A DNA stretch of 64,000 nt from Bacteroidales bacterium (lineage in GTDB: Bacteria; Bacteroidota; Bacteroidia; Bacteroidales; GCA-2748055). A program made the position numbers and the translations under genes. Within the stretch, counting starts at the first letter, position 1. The number at the start of each line of letters is the position of its first letter. The notes under the pieces are model-generated. The model was given only the letters and a program-made list of their open reading frames with translations, ran no database searches and was not told the DNA's origin. The stretch covers positions 2,790 to 66,789 of the forward strand of contig JAWOHR010000088.1 in the NCBI GenBank assembly GCA_046485075.1. Direction: 5' to 3'. Shown in pieces: positions 37,849 through 46,961 of this stretch.

Positions 37849-38993
37849 TTACTCTGGGAAAGCAGCTTAATTACTGATTCAGAGAAGACTTTTACCATTG
37901 CATTCACATTGCTTTTTGTCTCAATGATTTCTCTGCATTTAGCAGACATCTTTCTAATCTCAGCCGGGCTGGTATTAATTCTCCTTTCCATAGCCTCGGT
38001 TAAGCTTTGAAGATCATCCTTGCTAAATCTAAAACCTGTTTCAGACTCAATGACCAGGTCATTTTCAGTCCCGTCGGCCTCGCTAACTATGCAAGTTTTT
38101 TTCCAAAACATAGCCTGATTTAATCCCAATCCTCCCACCCCGGGTAATACATAACAATCTGATGCTGCGAAATAGGGATCAACCCCTTCGATTATCCTTC
38201 CGAGATAGATAATGTTTGGGTCATTTATATCTTCCATCATCTGTTGTATATCCTCCCTAAGAGGTCCGTCTCCAATGATAATGAGTTTGATCTTATATTT
38301 CTTTTGTCTCAGAGCTTTAAAAGCGTTTAACAGCAGGTCAACTCTTTTCTCGGGTATTAATCCTCCCACATAGATAAAGGTGGTATGCTGATTTAATTCT
38401 AGCTCCTGAATTATTTTTCTGGCTTCTGCCAGGACCTTATTCTCTTCCGCAATCAAATGATCAATCTCTATACCGTTATAGGCTGTTATGATATTCTGGG
38501 GATCAACACCCATTGATTCTACATAATCACTTGCCGTGGTGCTATAAGTAAGATGCAGGTCCCCTTTTTTAAAGAAAGCCGAAACCAGAAGGTTCTTAAA
38601 TGATAACAGCATTCCTTTTGCCAATCCAGGTTCCCAGCCACAGGTCCAGACAATAATTCGCTTTCCTTCCCTTTTGGCCCATGATATTGCTCTTCTGTTT
38701 GAAATATCACCCGTAATTCCTTGTAATATAAGCAAATCCGGATTAAACTCTTTAATTGAAGTAAATAGACCTTTGTTATAGACTATTTTAAAAGGTCCGG
38801 GTCTATAAATGGTTTCTCTAAATCCTTCCTGATCAAAGTTTGTCTCTTTATCATAGTTGGGTCTTCCATCCTCTTTTTGACTTACCCCATGAAAGATTTT
38901 CCATTGATAGTCTTCTCCCATATTGAAAAGCTTTTCATAGAATGAGATTCGATAGGGTTGTAACATGGGGGTTATAAGTGCTATCTTCTTCAT
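37845..38993 (-). CDS. family 4 (GT-B) glycosyltransferase
   Basis: 382 aa. C-terminal GT-B block with YVGGLIPEKRVDLL, IIGDGP.RE and the E..G(L/G).. motif (PGVGGLGLNQAM). It converges on the GT2 gene with a 4-nt overlap. Confidence 0.8.
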   Translation of the reverse strand: MKKIALITPMLQPYRISFYEKLFNMGEDYQWKIFHGVSQKEDGRPNYDKETNFDQEGFRETIYRPGPFKIVYNKGLFTSIKEFNPDLLILQGITGDISNRRAISWAKREGKRIIVWTCGWEPGLAKGMLLSFKNLLVSAFFKKGDLHLTYSTTASDYVESMGVDPQNIITAYNGIEIDHLIAEENKVLAEARKIIQELELNQHTTFIYVGGLIPEKRVDLLLNAFKALRQKKYKIKLIIIGDGPLREDIQQMMEDINDPNIIYLGRIIEGVDPYFAASDCYVLPGVGGLGLNQAMFWKKTCIVSEADGTENDLVIESETGFRFSKDDLQSLTEAMERRINTSPAEIRKMSAKCREIIETKSNVNAMVKVFSESVIKLLSQSN

Positions 38994-39170
38994 GTTATTG
39001 GTTCATTATAATTGTTTGGCTGGTATGATGGGGGTCAAAATTACGTATTTTTCTTTCAAATTGCTTATATCGGCTCTCATTTGGATTTTGTGTATATTTT
39101 GCACTAAATTGATTGAAGTGAAGAAGCCTCTGAATTATCGGAAAAACTTAACGGTTAATAGGATCTATAA

Positions 39171-40640
39171 ATGAAAAAGGAAGTCTTTGAAAGACTGAAA
39201 TATCGAAACCAATATCTTTTGACACCTTCAAGTGTTGAATGTCCGTTTCTCCATTACAGATTTAATGTAGGAAGTAAATATGTGCTTTATGCCCATATAG
39301 ATTTAGTTGTGAATTCGGTCGAACAAGAAAATGTAAAATTAATTCTTCTCGGTGATTTGTTTGATTATATAAGTCCGGTAAAAAACAACGAAGATATCTT
39401 AAAAGATCTAATTGATTATGAATTTGATTCATTAATTGATGCTATTGGAAGATATTCAGGCAGATATGTTATTATATATATGAAAGGAGAGGAACTGAAA
39501 CTGTTTCATGATCCAACTGCAACTCGAAAAATTTTTTATTGTAATTCTCAAGGCGAGGTCTGGATGGCATCACAGCCACATCTTTTAGCTAAGATCCTGG
39601 GCTTGGGAAAAACCATGGATCCTGAATTGCTCAATTTTTATGAATCAAAAGAATTTATCCTTTTAAGGAATGCGAATATTGGGAATATTACATTGTACGA
39701 TGAAATCAGGCAGTTGATGCCTAACCATTTCCTGGAAGTTCATGGAATGAAGGTTATTCGCTTCTGGCCAAAAATTAAAATTGAGAGAAGATCTCTTAAA
39801 GAAGTGACCACTCAGAGCGCTAAATTAATTGAAGGTTTTATGGAAAGCATTACCAACCGTTATGAGGTTATGCTCCCTGTTACAGCAGGAAAGGATTCAC
39901 GCATGTTACTGGCTGCTTCAAAACGGTTTAAGGAGAAAGTATATTATTATATAAATAAATCAGGAGATTTAACAGAAAATAGTGCCGATATTTCAGTTCC
40001 CAGGAGACTCTTGACTGATCTAAACCTCGATTTTCATATTCAGGAGCCTTCCAGCGAAGTGGATGATGAGTTTAAGAAGATATATTTCTATAACAATGAA
40101 TATGAATCTGAGGAATTTCTTTCCATCATATATAACTACTTTATCAAATTTGGAAATAAAGTGAACTTGCCGGGCAATATGGCATCTGCAGGTTTGGAAT
40201 TCTACAAAAGTAAGAGAATTAAAACTTCAGGAAAGAGACTGGCGAAGTTAAATTATGTAGAACGCTATTTATTTGCGATAAACTATTATGAGCATTGGAT
40301 AGCTCAACGCCTGGATTTAATCCAAACCTTAAAAATTGATATGATTGACCTTTTCTATTGGGAAGAGAGACTTGCCAACTGGGGGACACAGCTCCAGAGT
40401 GCAAAAGATATTGCACAGGAAGATATTAATCCTTTTAATTCACGGGAGTTGATTGTTTTATTTCTTTCTGTTGATCCGGAGTATATAGCAATTCCGTTTT
40501 TTAAGCTGCAAAAGGGAATCATTAAACTATTGTGGCCAGACCTTCTTAAGGTCCCTTTTAATCCGGGTTGGCGAACAAGCTTAAGAAGGTTATTAAAACC
40601 TATGGGAATACTGGATGTATATTATCGACTGAAAAACTAA
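39171..40640 (+). CDS. uncharacterised asparagine-synthetase-like / PP-loop protein, no Cys nucleophile (paralogue 2)
   Basis: 489 aa. It aligns end to end with 26480..27955, with roughly half the positions identical by eye. Motifs are GRYVIIY..EELKLFHDPTATRKIFY, EVMLPVTAGKDSR and KVNLPGNMASAGLEFY. Confidence 0.6.
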   Translation: MKKEVFERLKYRNQYLLTPSSVECPFLHYRFNVGSKYVLYAHIDLVVNSVEQENVKLILLGDLFDYISPVKNNEDILKDLIDYEFDSLIDAIGRYSGRYVIIYMKGEELKLFHDPTATRKIFYCNSQGEVWMASQPHLLAKILGLGKTMDPELLNFYESKEFILLRNANIGNITLYDEIRQLMPNHFLEVHGMKVIRFWPKIKIERRSLKEVTTQSAKLIEGFMESITNRYEVMLPVTAGKDSRMLLAASKRFKEKVYYYINKSGDLTENSADISVPRRLLTDLNLDFHIQEPSSEVDDEFKKIYFYNNEYESEEFLSIIYNYFIKFGNKVNLPGNMASAGLEFYKSKRIKTSGKRLAKLNYVERYLFAINYYEHWIAQRLDLIQTLKIDMIDLFYWEERLANWGTQLQSAKDIAQEDINPFNSRELIVLFLSVDPEYIAIPFFKLQKGIIKLLWPDLLKVPFNPGWRTSLRRLLKPMGILDVYYRLKN

Positions 40641-40662
40641 AATTATCCAGACTTCTCATACT

Positions 40663-43548
40663 TCAATAAAGAACCAGCCGTTTTGCAATCGACTTATTTC
40701 CCAATATTAGCATCACCGTATATATTCCGCTTTTAAGAGTTGACGAAAGATCATATTCCCGCTGGAAGCTGTTCAGGTTTTCCATTATATTAACCATTTC
40801 TGAGAACAGGACTCTCCCGGAAACATCTACAATTCTTAACATGGCCTTTGTCTCAATATTGGCTTTATCCTCAAAGCTAAGTAAAAACTGACCGTTAGTG
40901 GGATTCGGTACTACTTCCATGTTCATTTCATCACTCTCTGCAAAGTCCAGGAGGTTTCGAACCATGAAACCCTTCTCCTCTCCGAAAAATACCCCTTGAT
41001 CTGTCCTTACAAAGGGGGCAATATAATACTGTGTATTAGTTTTGAGAAAACTCAGGTCTGTTTCGTATTCAATCTGACCAAATCCTGCTCTATGATTATT
41101 AGAAACTTCACCTTCAGTTAAGGGTTTATCGTAAATTGCAATGAGATAGTAGGTCCCATTCCATGAGCTACTTCCGAGTAAATCATTTGCCAGGGTAAGC
41201 TGATAATCACTATTCTCGGGGGATAGATTCCCTATCCTTACCCCGGACTGAATCTTTTTCCCGTCCACATAGATCACTTCCTCCTTACCATATTCACATG
41301 TGTAGACGATATGATGCGGTAATTCTTTGGAAAAATTTGAAGCTGTGCGAATTTCATGAATGCCATTATTAACTGTATCGCTTGTTTTAATTCTAACTGT
41401 ATAGTTCAAGAAATCTTCATTACCATTTTGTTCAACTGAGAAAGCAAATTTGTTGTCTGCGCTGTGCATAGCCAGAACTGTGGCAGGGCCTGATTGATTT
41501 ACCATATCAGGTTTAATCCAGGCTTCAAGCGTAATTCCACTTGATTCAATCAAGGTATTCACCAATTTTTCTGCGTTGGTTTCGGATGAAATGATAGCAC
41601 TTCTGACTACGTCTAATCCCTGACCAGGTAATCTTTTGGTATTCAGAGGCTGGTTGATGATCAAATCAACAGATTGTTCGACACCTGATACATCTGAGAT
41701 TCTATTGTCCGATTCATCCGAAAAATTATAAAGAGCTTGCAAATTATTCTGAATTCTATATTTATTCAAAGTGGTTGAGTTATTCTGATCTGCGTAAATA
41801 GGAATGCAATTCTCGATTAAATTCCTGTCTTCAGAATAAACAATTCCATAATCCTCGATCTCTACAAAACCAAATGAATTTAATACCGATATTGCACTTG
41901 GATTGGTAGATTCCACTACATCCAGTATTTTTACCGAGGGCAAAGCAGGTGTAGCAGTTGCTATAGAATTTTTTGTATAAGCAACTATATCATTAGATTT
42001 CAAACTCTCATTGTCTTCAGCATCAAAAGCGGTTACAGTGATATGATATTCAAACCCAGGAATTAATCCGGTAAGCGTAAAGGTATTGGAGGATGCAGGA
42101 CCCTTTTTCAAACCGTTAACGTAGATGTGATAACCTGTAACCGCAACATTGTCTGATGAGCTACTCCAGGATAATTCAATGGTATTCTCCGTTGCTAATT
42201 CAGCTTTTAATCCCATAGGTTTTGATGGAGGTACCATATCCTCATTTGGAGGTGCCGGGTTTTCATTTTCAGTTGAAGTATTGACAGCTTGTGTATGCGC
42301 ACTTTTATTTTCGGCTTTATCGAATGCATATACCGTAATTTTATAGCTCGTACCGGCAATTAGATTCCCTAAAGTGAATTTCGTATCGGAAGTTGATTCA
42401 AAATAAGAATCATTTAAGAAAACTCCGTACCCCTCCACCCCAACATTGTCGGAAGAAGCAGTCCAACCAATGCTAATGGAGTTTTGATCCTTTCCAAGTA
42501 CCTCTAGTCCAACTGGAACGGAAGGAGGTTCTTGATCAATTTCAGTTTCAGAGTTTGCATAAGTCTTAAGAAATGGTAGGTCCAGAATCCTCCCTGGTGT
42601 GCTTGGGGTCTGTCCTCTTGGGACATTCATGGAACTGGCATAGGTAAATGCACAAATATCATCGACTAAAACCCACTCGTCAAAATTAGTAGCAAATTGA
42701 GCATCAGCACCTCCGTAAAACCAGTATACATTAATGATATCGATGAAGCTTTCAACCGAACGTAGTTCCAGATTCGTCCATTGACTCGCCAGTTTCCCGT
42801 TCACATATCCTTCCATAAAACCGTTTGCCTGACCCATGGTATTGAGTGAAACTCTGATGGTAATATTGTACCATGTACTGTCTGATACATCGAAATGAAA
42901 AGGAGTACCATCTGGATTCTTCCAATGACCATTGCCTCCGCTTGTCTGATCCGTTGCCCACCTTGAATACCAGTAAATTCCGCCTTCAACATCACCGTTT
43001 TTATCACCTGAAAATGCCGGCAAAGCTGTAAAACCTGTTAGTGATTCTCCATCGTAGTTGTTCCATTTACCACCGCTTAGTGCCGGAAGCTTGCCATGCA
43101 ATACAAAGTCCATTCCGGGACGGAACATAATGTTATAAGACAGATACATCTCCAAGTGCCCCTGTGGGAGCATAGTTTGGTACCTGAATCCCCCCCCGTT
43201 GTCATTATCATTGACCGCACCTGTCAAACCATATTCGCCCTTATCCTGCGTTCCCTTAAGAGCTTTATCTCCTTTAACCGAAACGATGCTCAGGTTATAA
43301 TCATCAATTCCATGTTCTCCTGCCCCATTGATATATGCTTCTGCATTATTTTCAGCGATGATTTCAGATTTTGTATATATACCAGGTTCACTTTTACTGA
43401 AATCCTGGTAGTAAATGATATTAAAGGTATCTGAAAGTTCTGTGATTCCTTTTGTGTGAGGGGTGGAGTCTCTTTTATACCCGCAGGAATCCACTACAAT
43501 AAACTGAACCAGCAAGAAAAATAAGAATTTTAGATTCTTTACCTTCAT
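40663..43548 (-). CDS. T9SS-secreted multidomain protein: PL14-like jelly-roll (putative polysaccharide lyase), 2x FN3, LamG, CTD
   Basis: 961 aa. The N-terminal domain has HGKLPALSGG and VYWFYGG blocks resembling the GGKLPGL / FFGG signature of the Polysacc_lyase_14 family. There are two FN3 modules (PP.VP.GL......NSI...W..SSDNV.V.GY), a LamG_3-type domain (ITLEAWIKP...HHIVYT...IYVDG...YLIAIYDKPLTEGEV), and a CTD (VVPNPTNGQFLLSF...RLVLY). Confidence 0.68.
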   Translation of the reverse strand: MKVKNLKFLFFLLVQFIVVDSCGYKRDSTPHTKGITELSDTFNIIYYQDFSKSEPGIYTKSEIIAENNAEAYINGAGEHGIDDYNLSIVSVKGDKALKGTQDKGEYGLTGAVNDNDNGGGFRYQTMLPQGHLEMYLSYNIMFRPGMDFVLHGKLPALSGGKWNNYDGESLTGFTALPAFSGDKNGDVEGGIYWYSRWATDQTSGGNGHWKNPDGTPFHFDVSDSTWYNITIRVSLNTMGQANGFMEGYVNGKLASQWTNLELRSVESFIDIINVYWFYGGADAQFATNFDEWVLVDDICAFTYASSMNVPRGQTPSTPGRILDLPFLKTYANSETEIDQEPPSVPVGLEVLGKDQNSISIGWTASSDNVGVEGYGVFLNDSYFESTSDTKFTLGNLIAGTSYKITVYAFDKAENKSAHTQAVNTSTENENPAPPNEDMVPPSKPMGLKAELATENTIELSWSSSSDNVAVTGYHIYVNGLKKGPASSNTFTLTGLIPGFEYHITVTAFDAEDNESLKSNDIVAYTKNSIATATPALPSVKILDVVESTNPSAISVLNSFGFVEIEDYGIVYSEDRNLIENCIPIYADQNNSTTLNKYRIQNNLQALYNFSDESDNRISDVSGVEQSVDLIINQPLNTKRLPGQGLDVVRSAIISSETNAEKLVNTLIESSGITLEAWIKPDMVNQSGPATVLAMHSADNKFAFSVEQNGNEDFLNYTVRIKTSDTVNNGIHEIRTASNFSKELPHHIVYTCEYGKEEVIYVDGKKIQSGVRIGNLSPENSDYQLTLANDLLGSSSWNGTYYLIAIYDKPLTEGEVSNNHRAGFGQIEYETDLSFLKTNTQYYIAPFVRTDQGVFFGEEKGFMVRNLLDFAESDEMNMEVVPNPTNGQFLLSFEDKANIETKAMLRIVDVSGRVLFSEMVNIMENLNSFQREYDLSSTLKSGIYTVMLILGNKSIAKRLVLY

Positions 43549-43585
43549 ATCAAAACTAATTTGAGTTCAACATAAAATCACCAAG

Positions 43586-43601
43586 CCAACATCGATGTTG
43601 G
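43586..43601. promoter_or_regulatory. perfect 16-bp palindrome CCAACATCGATGTTGG in divergent intergenic region
   Basis: Read directly from the sequence. It lies 38 nt upstream of the ATG at 43548 and 263 nt upstream of the ATG at 43864. Confidence 0.3.
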
Positions 43602-43863
43602 ATCCATCCCCGATTCAAAAAAAGCTTATTCAATAAATGGTTTAATTGATTTTCGTCACAAAATATCGCTAGATTTGGCTTCAATTTTTATCATTCAGTC
43701 AATAAAGTTTGCGAATATAAGTTTTTTAACGAAACATTCCTGAGAGAGGTTACAGAAGATTACGACTTTAGTATTATTTATTTTCATTATCGCTAAGACC
43801 CCATTAAGGTGTTTCCAATAGGAATGAATAAACGATACATTTTGGAGTTAATAAACGTGTAAT

Positions 43864-44874
43864 ATGGCAGATCGATTTCTATTAAAAAGCACATCTATAC
43901 TTCTAAACTACAATTACTTAAGAAAAAAAGCTAAAGTAAATCCATTGATCATTAATTATCATGTGGTTTCAGATTTAAAGCTACCCTATATTAAACATTT
44001 ATATGGTTACAGGTCAATCTCAGAATTCCAAAAAGACATCGAATTTTACCAGTCGAACTATCGGATCATAGGGTTACCCGACCTGCTGGATTGGATTAAA
44101 CGGTCCAAGCCCCTGCCAGATAATTCTCTTCTTCTGACTTTTGATGACGGATTTAGAGAGATCTATGAGACAGTGGCTCCTCATCTCCTTGATAAAAAAG
44201 TGCCAGCTACCTTTTTCTTAACAAGTAGCTTCATTGATAATTGCAATTTTAATCATGATAATAAGCAGAGCCTACTGGTAGATATAATCTTGAATAACAA
44301 TAACTTAGATCTTTTACGAGAATTAGAGAAGTTGCTAATTGAAAATAATATAAGTGGTAATGATTTAAAATCCAGGATTCTGGCTATCCCATATCATAAG
44401 AGGCACATAATAGATCAAATTGCGGAATTCGTGGAGGTGGATTTAAACAAGATTTTTGGGAACTTCATTCCCTATTTAACATCTAATCAAGTCTCCGAAT
44501 TGATTCACAATGGTTTTACCATTGGAAGTCATAGCATTGACCATGCCCGTTTCATTGAACTTTCCTTGGTCGAACAAATTATGCAGACCGTGACAAGTAT
44601 TGACTTTTTGACAGAAAAATTTGGCCTGGATTACCGTGTTTTTGCTTTCCCTTATACGGATATTGGAGTTTCTAACTCTTTCTTTGAAAGCATTGAAAAG
44701 CAAGTGGATATCACATTTGGGACTCAGGGGCTAATGGACGATCCAATTTCTTTCAATCTGCAGCGTATTAATGGTGAGAAATATCCCTATTCTGCAAAAA
44801 GAAATATCAAATCCCACTATTTTACAAAGATTGTAAAATCTACCCTGAACAGGAACACAATTGTCAGGAAGTGA
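43864..44874 (+). CDS. polysaccharide deacetylase (NodB/CE4-like) family protein
   Basis: 336 aa. LLTFDDGFREIYE NodB motif 1, and GSHS.DH motif. Confidence 0.8.
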   Translation: MADRFLLKSTSILLNYNYLRKKAKVNPLIINYHVVSDLKLPYIKHLYGYRSISEFQKDIEFYQSNYRIIGLPDLLDWIKRSKPLPDNSLLLTFDDGFREIYETVAPHLLDKKVPATFFLTSSFIDNCNFNHDNKQSLLVDIILNNNNLDLLRELEKLLIENNISGNDLKSRILAIPYHKRHIIDQIAEFVEVDLNKIFGNFIPYLTSNQVSELIHNGFTIGSHSIDHARFIELSLVEQIMQTVTSIDFLTEKFGLDYRVFAFPYTDIGVSNSFFESIEKQVDITFGTQGLMDDPISFNLQRINGEKYPYSAKRNIKSHYFTKIVKSTLNRNTIVRK

Positions 44875-44911
44875 CGAAAGGTAGGATACCGAAGGCGGAT
44901 CCAACCTCTAT

Positions 44912-46087
44912 TCATCTCATTTCAGCAATACTATTGGAATACTTCATATGAAGGTCCTTGGCTATATTCTCCCAGGTATAATTTTCAACCAGGACTTTAC
45001 CTCTCATGCCCATCCTGACTCTCTCATCTTCATGAACTATAAGAAACTCCAATTCTGCTGCAATCTTCTCGACATTGGTATGATCCACAGCGATGCCCTC
45101 TTCCTTATCTTTGAATATCCCGAAGATGCCAGAATTACGCGCGCAGATAATTGGTATGCCCATGGCCATGGCTTCAAAATATACCCTACCAAAGGTCTCG
45201 AAAAAGCTTGGCATGATAAAAATATCATGTTTATGCATCTCATCCGCTATTTTGTGGTGTGGAACGTGATCAATAAATGTCACATATTCCTCCAGGTGAA
45301 GAGCATGAACCGTTTGTTCCAGGTTCCTTCGCTCCGGACCAGAACCTATGATCGTATAGTGGATGTCGTACTTTGAAACAAGTTTTTCAATAGCCAGGAT
45401 GACCTTGTCAATATTCTTGAGTTTAATAAGTCCGGCCACTGTAAGGATCTTTACCGGTCCTTTTCCCGTTAGTTTCTGGGGCCTGATGAAATTTTTGCTA
45501 AATCCAAGAGGTGAAAGAGAAATGTTTGAAAGTCCAAGTGACTGATAGAAAAGGTAGTTCGAATGATTGATTGGAGTTACAATGGATGCGCTCCGCAAAA
45601 TATTCATCGCGATTCTTTTCGAAATATTATGCCCGAAATAGAATTTCTCATGATGCGTCGTAATCAGATACGGAATGTGATACTTTTTGCTCAGAACACG
45701 TGCAAGTTGACCATCCGAGAAAATGAACTGGGCGTGAATCACGTCAAATGCGTAATCCGAGAAAAGCCTGTTCATCCTCTTTCTGTTTATATAGTATATG
45801 GACTTTGTAACTATCGAATGAATGTTTCGAAAGCCCCAAACGGAGATGAATGGATAGATCTCAACCTGAAAATTCTGGATACTCCATGATTTCTTTCCGA
45901 TCATCTTCAACCTGGATTTACCTTTCAGAAAGGTAATCAGGTTCAGATTGATCTTAACCGGTTTGATTATGACAACCTTATCCCCGGGATATAAGGCCTG
46001 ATATGCCCTATAAATCTCAAATACGAAATCATTGTCTTTGATTACCTCGGGGATAGGCAATATGTGCGAAATCGCCAGAATATTCAT
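44912..46087 (-). CDS. family 4 (GT-B) glycosyltransferase
   Basis: 391 aa. IIGSGPERR.LE, PSFFETFGRVYFEAMAMGIPII (the EX7E region). Confidence 0.82.
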   Translation of the reverse strand: MNILAISHILPIPEVIKDNDFVFEIYRAYQALYPGDKVVIIKPVKINLNLITFLKGKSRLKMIGKKSWSIQNFQVEIYPFISVWGFRNIHSIVTKSIYYINRKRMNRLFSDYAFDVIHAQFIFSDGQLARVLSKKYHIPYLITTHHEKFYFGHNISKRIAMNILRSASIVTPINHSNYLFYQSLGLSNISLSPLGFSKNFIRPQKLTGKGPVKILTVAGLIKLKNIDKVILAIEKLVSKYDIHYTIIGSGPERRNLEQTVHALHLEEYVTFIDHVPHHKIADEMHKHDIFIMPSFFETFGRVYFEAMAMGIPIICARNSGIFGIFKDKEEGIAVDHTNVEKIAAELEFLIVHEDERVRMGMRGKVLVENYTWENIAKDLHMKYSNSIAEMR

Positions 46088-46100
46088 TCGTTATCGCATT

Positions 46101-46955
46101 CTATAGATAATGTTCAATAAGATCCCTGGTTTGTTGAATATGATTTTTTGAGGAAGCTCCGAATAATACTGATTCGATCTTTGGAAAACGGCTTAAGTAT
46201 TCGATAGCCTCTTCGGGCTTTAATGCACCTGCTGCCAAAACCTGCATGGCAATTGGCCTGAATTTCCGTTGTTGAAGTACCTGTTCGTACATCTCTTTTC
46301 CCCCGGACATCCTGAACCCAATCTTATTGATGGAGCTACATACAATCGGATCTTCGATTCCAACTGATTCAAGGGCATCCAGCAATCGCGAAAGGTTCAT
46401 GGTAATGTATCCTGGCTCTGCATTAAATTTCTTTCGAATGTAATTGTCATACTCAAAGAATACCTCAAACATACCCAGTCCCAGGATCAGGTCTACCAGC
46501 ACATTCTGGATAAAAATGACCGGAGTAGGTATTCCTTTGAACATCTTCATTTCTGCATCTATCAGCAATTGCATCATTGAAATGAAATCCTTGGTCACAT
46601 AGGCGACTCCACCCCTGGCAAAGGTGGAAAAGATATTACCCGGCAAATACTCCTTAAGGGCACCCAGGATGCCCAGATCTGTTACCGCATTGGCGTATTT
46701 ATGAGCATAGGGCATACAGGGATATATTTTAAACCCCTTGTACCTGTCGGGATTTTTCCTGATATGTTTACAAACCTCACCAATGCGATCGTGAGTAGTA
46801 CACATAAATGTCATAATGCCAAGATCTATCGCAGAATCCAGAACGTTGATAATGGACTGAATATCTTTAAATCGTATGGCCTGAGCCCTGGACTTTTCAT
46901 CTGATAGATGATTGACAGCAAAAAACTGATTGTCTCCAAATATTACTTTTTCCAT
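46101..46955 (-). CDS. hypothetical protein (no family recognised)
   Basis: 284 aa, soluble-looking, with AT-rich codon usage matching its neighbours. It starts 6 nt after the upstream oxidoreductase gene and ends 13 nt before the GT4 gene. Confidence 0.5.
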   Translation of the reverse strand: MEKVIFGDNQFFAVNHLSDEKSRAQAIRFKDIQSIINVLDSAIDLGIMTFMCTTHDRIGEVCKHIRKNPDRYKGFKIYPCMPYAHKYANAVTDLGILGALKEYLPGNIFSTFARGGVAYVTKDFISMMQLLIDAEMKMFKGIPTPVIFIQNVLVDLILGLGMFEVFFEYDNYIRKKFNAEPGYITMNLSRLLDALESVGIEDPIVCSSINKIGFRMSGGKEMYEQVLQQRKFRPIAMQVLAAGALKPEEAIEYLSRFPKIESVLFGASSKNHIQQTRDLIEHYL

Positions 46956-46961
46956 TAGACT

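Noticed and set aside
38965-39174. 69-codon hydrophobic ORF in the spacer before paralogue 2. Its TGA overlaps the ATG of 39171 (ATGA), which could suggest a coupled small membrane peptide or precursor.
   Set aside because: Its 5' part overlaps the start of the GT4 gene on the other strand. My manual translation of 27956..28133 found no equivalent ORF upstream of paralogue 1, only 7- and 18-codon frames. No motif is recognisable. It is worth a look in ribosome-profiling data but is not supportable as a gene.
26480-40640. The idea that the Cys-less AsnB-like genes are lasso-peptide cyclases.
   Set aside because: No transglutaminase-like leader protease, RiPP recognition element protein, ABC exporter or plausible short precursor ORF is adjacent to either copy. 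The context is entirely glycan and surface-protein genes.
43551-43558. TAGTTTTG (minus strand) matching the TAnnTTTG -7 consensus.
   Set aside because: It lies only 2 nt from the ATG at 43548, so a transcript started from it would lack the start codon.
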